64,000 nt of DNA from an uncultured delta proteobacterium (GTDB lineage Bacteria > Myxococcota_A > Polyangia > Polyangiales > Polyangiaceae): NCBI GenBank assembly GCA_963806225.1, contig CAWDXG010000004.1:4960001-5024000 (forward strand). The letters are read 5' to 3'. Numbering within the stretch: the first letter of the stretch is position 1; each line of letters opens with the position of its first letter. The translations under genes and the position numbers were made by a program. Positions 1 to 8,269 of the stretch are shown here, piece after piece. The notes beneath the pieces were generated by a model. It was not told the origin of the DNA and searched no databases. It saw only the letters and a list, made by a program, of their open reading frames with translations.

Positions 1-37
1 TACGCCTGCGACCACGTCCTACGATAGCGTCTTTCCC

Positions 38-2149
38 ATGCGTTTCCTTGTCTGCACAAGTGTCGTAGTTTCCGGTTGTCTTCTTCTCGGCTGCGGTTCG
101 AGCGCGGATTCGAGTCCTGGCGGGGGTGGTACCTCTGGCAACGACGGGGGCATCGAATCCGGCGGTGGCGCAGGGGGAGTCGCGGGAAGCGCGGGCCATG
201 GCGGCACGGCGGGGACGGGTGCTGCCGCGGGAAGCGGCGGCACGGCGGGAGTGGGGGGAACGGGAGGCACTGGTGGCATGGACGGCGGCGCCGGCGTTGG
301 GGGCACGGGGGGCGTTTCAGGGTCCGGCGGCACGGCGGGGACTGCCGGGACCGGTGGCACCTCGGGCACGGGCGGTACCGGTGGTACGTCGGGAAGCGGC
401 GGCACGTCGGGAAGCGGCGGCGCGGGTGGCTCCAGCAGCGTGTGCACCCCCAATTCCACAACGTCCTGCTACACCGGGCCGAACGGCACCGAGGGCGTCG
501 GCATCTGCGCTGCTGGCACGAAGACCTGCAACAGCGCCGGGACGGGCTACGGCGCGTGTACGGGTGATGTGACCCCCAAGGCGTCGGAGGACTGCACGAC
601 CGCGGAAGACGACAACTGCAACGGCCAGGCGAACGAGGCATCGGCGGGCTGCGTGTGCCTGCCCGGAACGACGGCGTCCTGCTACACCGGCCCGAACGGC
701 ACCGAGGGCGTCGGCATCTGCACCGCGGGCACGAAGACCTGCAACAGCGACGGCAAGGGCTACGGCGCCTGCACGGGTGAAGTGACGCCCGCCGCTTCGG
801 AGGACTGTACGACCTCCGTCGACGACAACTGCAACGGCCAGGTCAACGAGGCCTCGGCGGGTTGCACATGCACTCCCGGCAGCACGCAGTCCTGCTACAG
901 CGGTCCGAACGGTACGGCGGGCGTGGGCATCTGCAAGGCCGGCACGCAGAAATGCAACACCAGCGGTACGGGCTACGGGGCGTGCACGGGTGAAGTGACG
1001 CCGAAGGCGTCCGAGGACTGCACGACGTCGGTCGACGACAACTGCAACGGCCAGGTGAACGAAGCCTCGGCGGGTTGCGTGTGCAACCCCGGTGCCACGC
1101 AGGCTTGCTACACGGGGCCGAACGGCACCAAGAACGTCGGCATCTGCCATGGCGGGACGCAGACGTGCAACAGTGACGGAAAGGGCTACGGCGCGTGCAC
1201 GGGCGAAGTGACGCCTGCCGCGTCGGAGGATTGTGCGACGTCGGTCGACGACAACTGCAACGGCCAGGTGAACGAAGCCTCGGCGGGTTGCGTGTGCAAC
1301 CCCGGCGCCACGCAGGCTTGCTACACTGGTCCGAATGGCACCGAAAACGTCGGTGTCTGCAAGGGCGGCACGAAGACCTGCAACAGCACCGGCACCGGCT
1401 ACGGCGGCTGCGTCGGCCAGGTGGTTCCGGGCACGGAAAACTGTTCGACCTCGACCGACGATAACTGCGACGGCACCGTCAACGAGCTCTGCACCTACCC
1501 GAACTGCGACGAGATGCACGCCGCCAACCCGCAGCTGGCCGACGGTCTGTACACTATCCATCCGACCGGCGGCGCCATCACCCAGGCCAAGGTCTACTGC
1601 GACATGACCACCGACGGCGGAGGCTGGACGATGATCGGTCGCTCCGCGAATGGCAACACGAACACGAACTGCGCGAACGGCACCAGCGAGACCGCCTCGT
1701 TCGGCTGGATCGTGTCGACGACGGCGACGGTGACAGACTACTACCAGCCGTACTCCCTGAACGTGCGCAAGTCTGATGGAACGAACCTGCAGTTCACCGA
1801 GGTGATGTGGGGCAGCTACACCAAGTTCGCCGGCGGCATTCCGGGCTGGGGCACGGTGGACAGCGCCTACAAGCAGACGGTGGGCGCGAATTTCGTCGGA
1901 AACTACTACGCGGCCCAGAAGGACTGGGGCGCGCCCACCACCTTGAAGGGCACCTGCTCCGGCGCCAACGCTCCGGTCTTGTTCAACTGGTTCGGCCTGG
2001 CGGACATCACCAGCCGCTACCACTTCCGCGATATCGACGACGCGCCCACGGGGCTATACGGCCTCACCGCCAACGGCTGGTACTCCTGCTACGACGACTG
2101 CCGGGGCGGCAACCTGAATACGAAGCCCGGCTGGATCTTCGTGCGCTGA
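38..2149 (+). CDS. Surface lipoprotein: Gly-rich linker, five ~71-aa Cys-rich repeats, C-terminal fibrinogen-like (YCDxxxxGGGW) domain
   Basis: 703-aa ORF; lipobox-like LLLGC; GGT/GGS linker; repeats ending EDC..DDNCNGQVNE; motif VYCDMTTDGGGWTMI. Confidence 0.85.
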   Translation: MRFLVCTSVVVSGCLLLGCGSSADSSPGGGGTSGNDGGIESGGGAGGVAGSAGHGGTAGTGAAAGSGGTAGVGGTGGTGGMDGGAGVGGTGGVSGSGGTAGTAGTGGTSGTGGTGGTSGSGGTSGSGGAGGSSSVCTPNSTTSCYTGPNGTEGVGICAAGTKTCNSAGTGYGACTGDVTPKASEDCTTAEDDNCNGQANEASAGCVCLPGTTASCYTGPNGTEGVGICTAGTKTCNSDGKGYGACTGEVTPAASEDCTTSVDDNCNGQVNEASAGCTCTPGSTQSCYSGPNGTAGVGICKAGTQKCNTSGTGYGACTGEVTPKASEDCTTSVDDNCNGQVNEASAGCVCNPGATQACYTGPNGTKNVGICHGGTQTCNSDGKGYGACTGEVTPAASEDCATSVDDNCNGQVNEASAGCVCNPGATQACYTGPNGTENVGVCKGGTKTCNSTGTGYGGCVGQVVPGTENCSTSTDDNCDGTVNELCTYPNCDEMHAANPQLADGLYTIHPTGGAITQAKVYCDMTTDGGGWTMIGRSANGNTNTNCANGTSETASFGWIVSTTATVTDYYQPYSLNVRKSDGTNLQFTEVMWGSYTKFAGGIPGWGTVDSAYKQTVGANFVGNYYAAQKDWGAPTTLKGTCSGANAPVLFNWFGLADITSRYHFRDIDDAPTGLYGLTANGWYSCYDDCRGGNLNTKPGWIFVR
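440..1490 (+). repeat. Intragenic tandem repeat, five units of ~213 bp
   Basis: GAYAACTGC anchor recurs at 611, 824, 1037, 1250 and 1460 (spacing 213, 213, 213, 210). Confidence 0.9.
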
Positions 2150-2233
2150 GGCGGCAGGCGACAAGCCCGCCCCACATGCGCGCAGCCCACGGGCCCGTGG
2201 ACTAGGCTCGCGGCATGATAGCCGGGGGATGCG

Positions 2234-2446
2234 ATGACCGAAGCCTCGGTGCGCGCCCTCTCGTCGCTACGCGACCTGTCGATGCTGAAGTGGTACGCGG
2301 TCCCGCTGCTAGGCAAAGACGTTGCCGCACTCCTCGTGATCGGAGCCAAGCGCGTGCGCACCAAGGCGATCGCCGTCGGCAACATCTACGGCACGGCCAT
2401 CGCGCTGAACGTGAGCGGCTACGGCGTGATGGGCTGCAACTACTAG
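2234..2446 (+). CDS. 70-aa small protein; candidate precursor peptide or partner of the adjacent radical SAM enzyme
   Basis: ATG after GGGGG; 63 of 70 codons end in G/C (all of the last 33); fills the gap between two same-strand genes. Confidence 0.75.
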   Translation: MTEASVRALSSLRDLSMLKWYAVPLLGKDVAALLVIGAKRVRTKAIAVGNIYGTAIALNVSGYGVMGCNY

Positions 2447-2562
2447 CGGACGCCCCCGGCGCTTCCGGGCCGAATCTCCTCCGCATCTGCACCGGATCTG
2501 GCCGGAGCGGCCACATCCGCTGCGCGTGGAGCGCGTTCTCTGTGGTGAAGACCGGAGGACGC

Positions 2563-4014
2563 ATGAAGCTTCGCATTATCGTCTGCTACGTGCCCCGCTA
2601 CAGGCGGGGGCATTTCCTCGATTTCGTGCCGCCGGTGACCGGGATCCACCTGGCGGCGCTGGCTCCGCCGGAATGGGAGGTGGAGGTCGTCCACGAGCAG
2701 GTGCGCCCCGTGCCGATCGAGGACGACGTCGATCTGGTGGCGCTGTCGTTCTTTTCCGGCTTTGCCGATCGCGCCTACGACATCGCCGACGCCTACCGCG
2801 CTCTCGGCGTGCAGGTGGTCGTCGGCGGACCGCACGCGACGTATTGGGTCGACGAGGCGCTCGAGCACGCCGACGCCGTCGTCACCGGCGAGGCCGAGTC
2901 CGTGTTCGGCGAGTTGCTCGGCGACGCCAGCCGCGGCCGCATGCAGCGCGTGTACCGCGGAATGGCGCGACCGCTCACCGGCCTGCCGACGCCGCGCTAC
3001 GACCTGCTCGAGAGCCGTTTCGTGGTGCGCCGCGTGATCCAGGCGACTCGCGGCTGCCCGTTCTCGTGCAGCTTCTGTTCCGTGCCCGATCTCAACCCGG
3101 GCTTCCGCACGCGGCCCGTCGACGACGTGATCCGCGACATCGAGAGCAGCCGGTTCGCTTTGCCGTGGCAGGACCGCGTGTGCTGGTTCTGGGACGACAA
3201 CCTGCTCGTCCAGCGTCGCTGGGCGAAAGAGTTGCTCGGCCGCCTTGCGGGGCTCGACCGCTGGTGGCTCACGCAGGCCTCGATCGATATCGTGAAGGAC
3301 GACGAGCTGATGCGCCTGATGGAACGCTCCGGGTGCATCGGCATCTTTCTCGGGATCGAGAGCTTCGACCGACAGACGCTGCACGAGGCGGGAAAGCGCC
3401 AGAACCACGTGGAGCGCTATCGCGACGCGGTCGAGCGCCTCCACGATCGTGGCATCTCGGTGATGGCAGGATTCATCGCCGGCTTCGACAACCAGACCGC
3501 AGCCGACGTCGTCGAGATGGCCGACCACATCGACTCGCTTGGATTCGACGTGCCGTTCCTCAGCGTTCTGACGCCGTTCCGCGGAACCCCGCTCTACGAC
3601 CAGATGCTGCGCGAAGGGCGGATCCGGCGCGAAGTCGGCTGGAACCACTACAACGGCTACAACGTCGCCTTCCACCCGGCGCGCATGCGCGCCGACGAGC
3701 TCCGGCTCGCGCATCGCCGCCTGTGGCAGCGCGCCTTCGCTCCCTCCGCGGTCGCTTCACGCCTGGCCCGCGCGGCGCGCCAGCTCCGTGCCGGCGCCGC
3801 GATGCTCTCCGCCGCGATGAACGGCTTCTACGGTTTCAAGCGCGTGACCGGCAACCTGCCCGCGGATGCGACGCGCGGCGGCCGCTTCGTCGCGCATCCG
3901 GATGTCGTCGACGGCCCCGGCGTTCGCTGCCGACGCCACCCTTCCGTGCGCCGCACCGAAGCCGTAGACTGCGCGTCATGCGAGTCAAGGGCACGGCGTA
4001 CTACGCGCGGATGA
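2563..4014 (+). CDS. Cobalamin (B12)-binding radical SAM protein
   Basis: GGAGGA RBS before ATG 2563; B12-domain segment VVVGGPHAT; RGCPFSCSFC (CxxxCxxC); FWDDN, IFLGIES and LTPFRGTPLY motifs. Confidence 0.9.
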   Translation: MKLRIIVCYVPRYRRGHFLDFVPPVTGIHLAALAPPEWEVEVVHEQVRPVPIEDDVDLVALSFFSGFADRAYDIADAYRALGVQVVVGGPHATYWVDEALEHADAVVTGEAESVFGELLGDASRGRMQRVYRGMARPLTGLPTPRYDLLESRFVVRRVIQATRGCPFSCSFCSVPDLNPGFRTRPVDDVIRDIESSRFALPWQDRVCWFWDDNLLVQRRWAKELLGRLAGLDRWWLTQASIDIVKDDELMRLMERSGCIGIFLGIESFDRQTLHEAGKRQNHVERYRDAVERLHDRGISVMAGFIAGFDNQTAADVVEMADHIDSLGFDVPFLSVLTPFRGTPLYDQMLREGRIRREVGWNHYNGYNVAFHPARMRADELRLAHRRLWQRAFAPSAVASRLARAARQLRAGAAMLSAAMNGFYGFKRVTGNLPADATRGGRFVAHPDVVDGPGVRCRRHPSVRRTEAVDCASCESRARRTTRG

Positions 4015-4532
4015 ACCTCCTTCGCGCCAAGCTGGGCGATGCCGGTGTGGAGCAGTTCATGAAAGCGTTCCTCGACCAGCACGCCTCCTTCCCCCGCGAC
4101 GTGCTGGCGACGACGTGGCTCCCCGCCGAGGACTTCCTCGAGCTCATCGACGCCGTCGTCGAAGGGCCGTACAAAGGCGACACACAATCGCTCTGGGAGA
4201 TCGGCGAGGCGAGCGCCGCCTGGACGCTCAAGGAGGGGCCGTACAGGAACCTGCTCGAGACGGGCGACGTGCGCCGCTTCGGTGGGCTTGCGAACGTGAT
4301 GTACGCGAACTTCTTCGACACCGGACGTGCGCGCTCGGAGTACCGCGACCAGTTCGTCGAGTTGTGGATCGACGGTATCCCCGCGCCGCTCAGGCACCTG
4401 TATTTCGAGTATTCGCTGGTCGGCTACTTCCGGCGTGGCCTCGAACTGCTCGGCGCGAAGGTGCGCCTCGAGTGCGTCCGGGGGTTCTCCAGGGGCGACG
4501 CGAGGGTGCACTACCGCTTGCATCTGGAGTGA
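3978..4532 (+). CDS. Myxobacterial DUF2378/TIGR02265-like protein (V4R/HNOB-like fold inferred)
   Basis: 184 aa starting MRVKGT; motifs VLATTWLP, GEASA and C-terminal C.RG..RGD..VHY; overlaps the radical SAM stop by 37 nt. Confidence 0.6.
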   Translation: MRVKGTAYYARMNLLRAKLGDAGVEQFMKAFLDQHASFPRDVLATTWLPAEDFLELIDAVVEGPYKGDTQSLWEIGEASAAWTLKEGPYRNLLETGDVRRFGGLANVMYANFFDTGRARSEYRDQFVELWIDGIPAPLRHLYFEYSLVGYFRRGLELLGAKVRLECVRGFSRGDARVHYRLHLE

Positions 4533-4619
4533 GCGGCGCCGCCGCTCCGTGTGCTATCGCCGGGCGGCGCTGTGCGGGATGACAACGTGCGCCGGGGACG
4601 CTTCGGCTCTGATACAGTG

Positions 4620-4700
4620 GATAGCTGACGTGTCGGTGGCATCTCTGGGCATCCCCGCCGCTTCGCGGCGACGGGGCCCCGCGTCAGTGCGAGCGGGGAC
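4620..4700 (+). promoter_or_regulatory. Candidate structured RNA leader or terminator upstream of the SpoIID gene
   Basis: CTGACG (4625-4630) pairs with CGTCAG (4682-4687), enclosing GGGC/GCCC and a CGCCG-CTTCG-CGGCG hairpin. Confidence 0.35.
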
Positions 4701-4747
4701 GAGCCCTATGCCGATTCCTCTGATGCGCCTTGGCACTGGAGGACCGG

Positions 4748-6163
4748 ATGCTGACCCTTGAACGGAAATTCGTCGGGCTCGCGCTCTTGAGCGCAGTGCT
4801 TCTGGCGTTGGCGGGCTGCGGCAGTCCGGACCTCGAAGAGCCGCTCGGCATGTCGCGCCAGCGCGTCTCGGCGCCGCTGGCTTCGGCGTACTGCAACATC
4901 GTCGTGAGCGGCTACGGCACCAAGGCGACGGAGACCGACTACATCCCTAAGGTGATCACGTGCGAGGACGGCGGCGCGAATATCGAGGCGCTCCGGGCGC
5001 AGGCGATCGCCGCGCGTTCGGTCGCGTACTACGCCATGGCGACCAAGAAATCGATCTGCGGCAACTCGGGCTGCCAGGTGTACGGCTGCAGCGCGACGCC
5101 GAGCGCGAAGGCCATCCAGGCCGCCAAGGACACGGCCGGGATGTACCTGTCGTACGGCGGGATGCTCACCTACGGGTTCTTCGTCGCGGGGGACTCGAAG
5201 ACGTCGCCGCCGTCCTGCCACGGCAGCGGCGGCGGCACCGAGAGCTACGTCACCTACAATGAAGGGCTGAGCGGCACGGCGGTGCACCAGACGACGCTGG
5301 GCTACGTCGGTCCGCCGGGCTACGGGCAGAACCGCGGCTGCATGAGCCAGTGGGGCGGGCGCTGCCTCGAGAACAGCAACGGCTACGGCTACAAGAAGAT
5401 CCTGCAGTTCTACTACGGCGCCGATATCAAGATCCTGCAGGCCAGCGGATCGTGCGTGCAGGAGCCGAGCTATGCCGCGACGTTCGTCGACCAGTCGTTC
5501 CCGTTCGCCTCGACGGCGCTGACCATGACGACGGGCCAGACGATTCCCGGGTACATCACGCTCAAGAACACGGGCAGCAAGGCCTGGGATTCGAACACGC
5601 GGCTCGGCACCACCAAGCCGCGGGACCGATCGAGCGCGTTCGCCGATTCCAGCTGGCTCTCGCCGAACAGGCCCGCCGGCGTGAGCGGCAGCGTCGCGCC
5701 GGGCCAGAGCCACAAGTTCTCGTTCAATCTGCACGCGCCGAACAAGACGGGCACGTACTTCGAGTATTTCGGTGTGCTGGAAGAAGGCGTGGCCTGGTTC
5801 AGCGACGCGGGCCAGGGCGGGCCTCCGGACGACCAGCTCGAGGTGCAGATCAAGGTGGTGCAGGGCACGGGCAGTGGCGGCAGTGGCGGCACGCCGGGCA
5901 GCGGCGGTACGGGTAGCGGCGGCACGCCGGGCAGCGGTGGCACGCCGGGCAGCGGCGGCAGCGCCGGATCGGTCGCTACGGGCGGCTCCTCGTTCGGCGG
6001 TTCCGGCGCCGGCGGGGCGGGCGGCAGCAACCGCGAGCAGTCGCACGCGCTCGGCGACAACAGCGGCGGGTGCGGCTGTCGCACGTCGCCGGCGCGTTCG
6101 CCCTCGGGCGCCGTCGGCCTGCTGCTCTTCCTCGGTCTGTGGTGGCGCCGCCGCGCAACGTGA
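4748..6163 (+). CDS. SpoIID/LytB-domain protein with NBR1-type Ig-like domain, Gly linker and MYXO-CTERM anchor
   Basis: EALRAQAIAARS, CQVYG, GCMSQWG and ILQFYYG motifs; LKNTGSKAW Ig segment; C-terminal GGCGCRT..LLLFLGLWWRRRAT; GGAGGA RBS. Confidence 0.85.
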   Translation: MLTLERKFVGLALLSAVLLALAGCGSPDLEEPLGMSRQRVSAPLASAYCNIVVSGYGTKATETDYIPKVITCEDGGANIEALRAQAIAARSVAYYAMATKKSICGNSGCQVYGCSATPSAKAIQAAKDTAGMYLSYGGMLTYGFFVAGDSKTSPPSCHGSGGGTESYVTYNEGLSGTAVHQTTLGYVGPPGYGQNRGCMSQWGGRCLENSNGYGYKKILQFYYGADIKILQASGSCVQEPSYAATFVDQSFPFASTALTMTTGQTIPGYITLKNTGSKAWDSNTRLGTTKPRDRSSAFADSSWLSPNRPAGVSGSVAPGQSHKFSFNLHAPNKTGTYFEYFGVLEEGVAWFSDAGQGGPPDDQLEVQIKVVQGTGSGGSGGTPGSGGTGSGGTPGSGGTPGSGGSAGSVATGGSSFGGSGAGGAGGSNREQSHALGDNSGGCGCRTSPARSPSGAVGLLLFLGLWWRRRAT

Positions 6164-6205
6164 TCGGGTCGCGGCGGCGTAGCGCGGGCCCGGCGGGCGA
6201 CGGCG

Positions 6206-6420
6206 CTACTTCTTGGTCCCCGTGTATCTGCAGCTCATGCCGCCACCCTGGCAATCCGCGGTGAGCCCGCTGCTCGTGAAGACGAGGGTACAGGTGCCCT
6301 GCGGCATCGATACCGTGCCGTGACCGCTCGCGTCGATCGTTGCTGAAAACGTCCCGGGGCCGCACGGGACAAGAGCGGCGCGTGCCACGACCAGTGCGTC
6401 GCTGGTGTAAGCTGTCCCGC
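6206..6420 (-). pseudogene. Possible 3' remnant of a secreted Cys-containing protein gene, or a small ORF
   Basis: G/C-ending codons and protein-like sequence (TFSATIDASGHGTV..CTLVF..CRYTGTKK), but no convincing start or RBS. Confidence 0.3.
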
Positions 6421-6454
6421 GCCGCCCTGCGCCGCGTCGGACGGAGGGTAGGCA

Positions 6455-6985
6455 ATGGCTGGGAGGATAGAAACGATGACGATGAAGAAACTGTGGATGG
6501 GCCTGGCAACAGCACTCGTGGTGGCCGCCTGCAGCTCGAGCAACAGCGGTAGCCAGGGCTCGACCAAGGCGTGTTCGGACCTGGCCGCCAAGTGCCCGTA
6601 CTGCACCTTGCCGAGTCTGAAATCGACCTGCGATTCAGCGGTCGCCTCGCAGGACCCGTCGTCCTGCCAGGACGGCCTGAACGATCACGACATCCAGACG
6701 AACTGCGTCAACCATGGGGGCAGCGGCGGCAGCTCCGGGAGCGGGGGTTCGAGCAGCGGAGGCAGCTCGGGAGGCACCGGCTGCGCTTCGCTCTGCTCGC
6801 ACGCGGGGACGGAGACGTCTCAGCAGGCGCAGTGCGTCGCCGCCCGGGCCATCTCGCTCGGCTACGACTGGACCAGCAACTCGACGTGCATGGCCATCAC
6901 GACGCCGAGCAAGTGCAACTCCTGCGCGAGCGACCTCAAAATGACCAACCCGGATTGCACCTCCGTGGAGAACGCCTGCTTCTGA
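6455..6985 (+). CDS. Cys-rich lipoprotein, two small domains joined by a Gly/Ser linker
   Basis: MKKLWMGLATALVVAAC lipobox; true start may be 6476 or 6482. Confidence 0.8.
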   Translation: MAGRIETMTMKKLWMGLATALVVAACSSSNSGSQGSTKACSDLAAKCPYCTLPSLKSTCDSAVASQDPSSCQDGLNDHDIQTNCVNHGGSGGSSGSGGSSSGGSSGGTGCASLCSHAGTETSQQAQCVAARAISLGYDWTSNSTCMAITTPSKCNSCASDLKMTNPDCTSVENACF

Positions 6986-7016
6986 GCGGCTTCCCGCGCC
7001 CGCTCTGACCTTTGCA

Positions 7017-7050
7017 CCGGGTGGGCAGCCGCCCGCGCCTGCCCACCCGG
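7017..7050. terminator. Strong hairpin between convergent genes
   Basis: CCGGGTGGGCAG-N10-CTGCCCACCCGG, a 12-bp perfect stem; no U tract. Confidence 0.55.
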
Positions 7051-7316
7051 GCAGCACATACCGAAACCGAACCGGAGCCAAGGCAAGGGAGGCGCTGTAC
7101 AGCTTCCAGCCGCCTCTGGTCGTGGACAACACGAACAAGGGCGACGCCTGGATCTGCTTCGACCGGCCGCGGCATGCCCGGCGTCCAGCTTCGCGACGGA
7201 AGGTTGGGACCGAGGAGGCATCCACTTCCCCTACGTCTTTCCGACTACGGTCGGCGGACCCGCCGCGAAGATCGCCTTGGTTGTGGCGAGCGGCACTAGC
7301 GGAAACCGGGCAGCGC

Positions 7317-8183
7317 TCAGCCCCGCACCAGCGCCTGCACAGATGCTTCAACATGTCGGAGCGACGCCTCGAGGTCCGCGGCATCGACCTTGATGGGCTC
7401 GCCGATGCGCATGCGGATCTTCCAGGGCACCCAGGGCAAAAACACGAACGGCGAGCCGAGCCACAGCCAGACCAGCACGATGCGGAGCGGCCAGCCGACA
7501 GGTGCGAGCATCAGGATCGCGACGGCGCCGAGCGCGCCGAGCAGCGAGACGGCCCAGCGCTTCTGTCCGAGCAGGCGCGGCAGCACGAGCAGGTTGGCGA
7601 GCGCGCGCGACCGGAACAGGACGGGCGCGGTGAAGTGCGCGCCGCGGATCCCCATCGGAACGATCGGCACGCCGTGCTCGCGCGCGATCTTCAGAAAGCC
7701 GGTGCGACCGCCGAAGTCGACCCGATAGGCCTGCCAGATAGGGCGTAGCGTCTCGTGATCTCCACCGGGAAAGACCAGGATCGGCACGCCCTCGTCGAGC
7801 GTCGCGGCGGCCGCCTGGTAGCTGGACGGAATGGCGCCGGCCGCGCGCAGCAGGCTCGACACCGGCTGCACGTGGAACCCGAGCGGCAGAGCAAAGCCCG
7901 CGAGCGGCCGCTCGGGGCCGATCTGATGCAGGTAGAGCGCGAGGAAGCTGCCGATCTCGGCGATGCCGAGACCGGCGGAGTGGTTGGCGACGAGCAGGAA
8001 GGGGCGCCCCTCCGGCAGGTGCCCGGTGCCCTCCAGGGTTGCCCGGAACAGGAGCCGCGCGAGCGGCAAGAGCACGCGCTCCGACAGCCGGACCAGCCAC
8101 GGCGACGGGCGCCCGGGGTGGTCGACCTCGACGCCGTCGGCCCAGTCGCCGGCATGTCGAGTGAAGAGACCCGAGCGTGGCAC
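7317..8183 (-). CDS. Lysophospholipid/glycerol acyltransferase (PlsC/DGAT2-like)
   Basis: LLVANHS, ILVFPGG, GFLKIA and VPIVPMGI motifs. Confidence 0.85.
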   Translation of the reverse strand: MPRSGLFTRHAGDWADGVEVDHPGRPSPWLVRLSERVLLPLARLLFRATLEGTGHLPEGRPFLLVANHSAGLGIAEIGSFLALYLHQIGPERPLAGFALPLGFHVQPVSSLLRAAGAIPSSYQAAAATLDEGVPILVFPGGDHETLRPIWQAYRVDFGGRTGFLKIAREHGVPIVPMGIRGAHFTAPVLFRSRALANLLVLPRLLGQKRWAVSLLGALGAVAILMLAPVGWPLRIVLVWLWLGSPFVFLPWVPWKIRMRIGEPIKVDAADLEASLRHVEASVQALVRG

Positions 8184-8269
8184 GCCATGATCTTCGCACC
8201 AATCGGCGGCCGCCGCATCGACGCTCTGCTCTCGACAGTATCTAGCGCGGGTTGCATGCTCGCTCTCCG

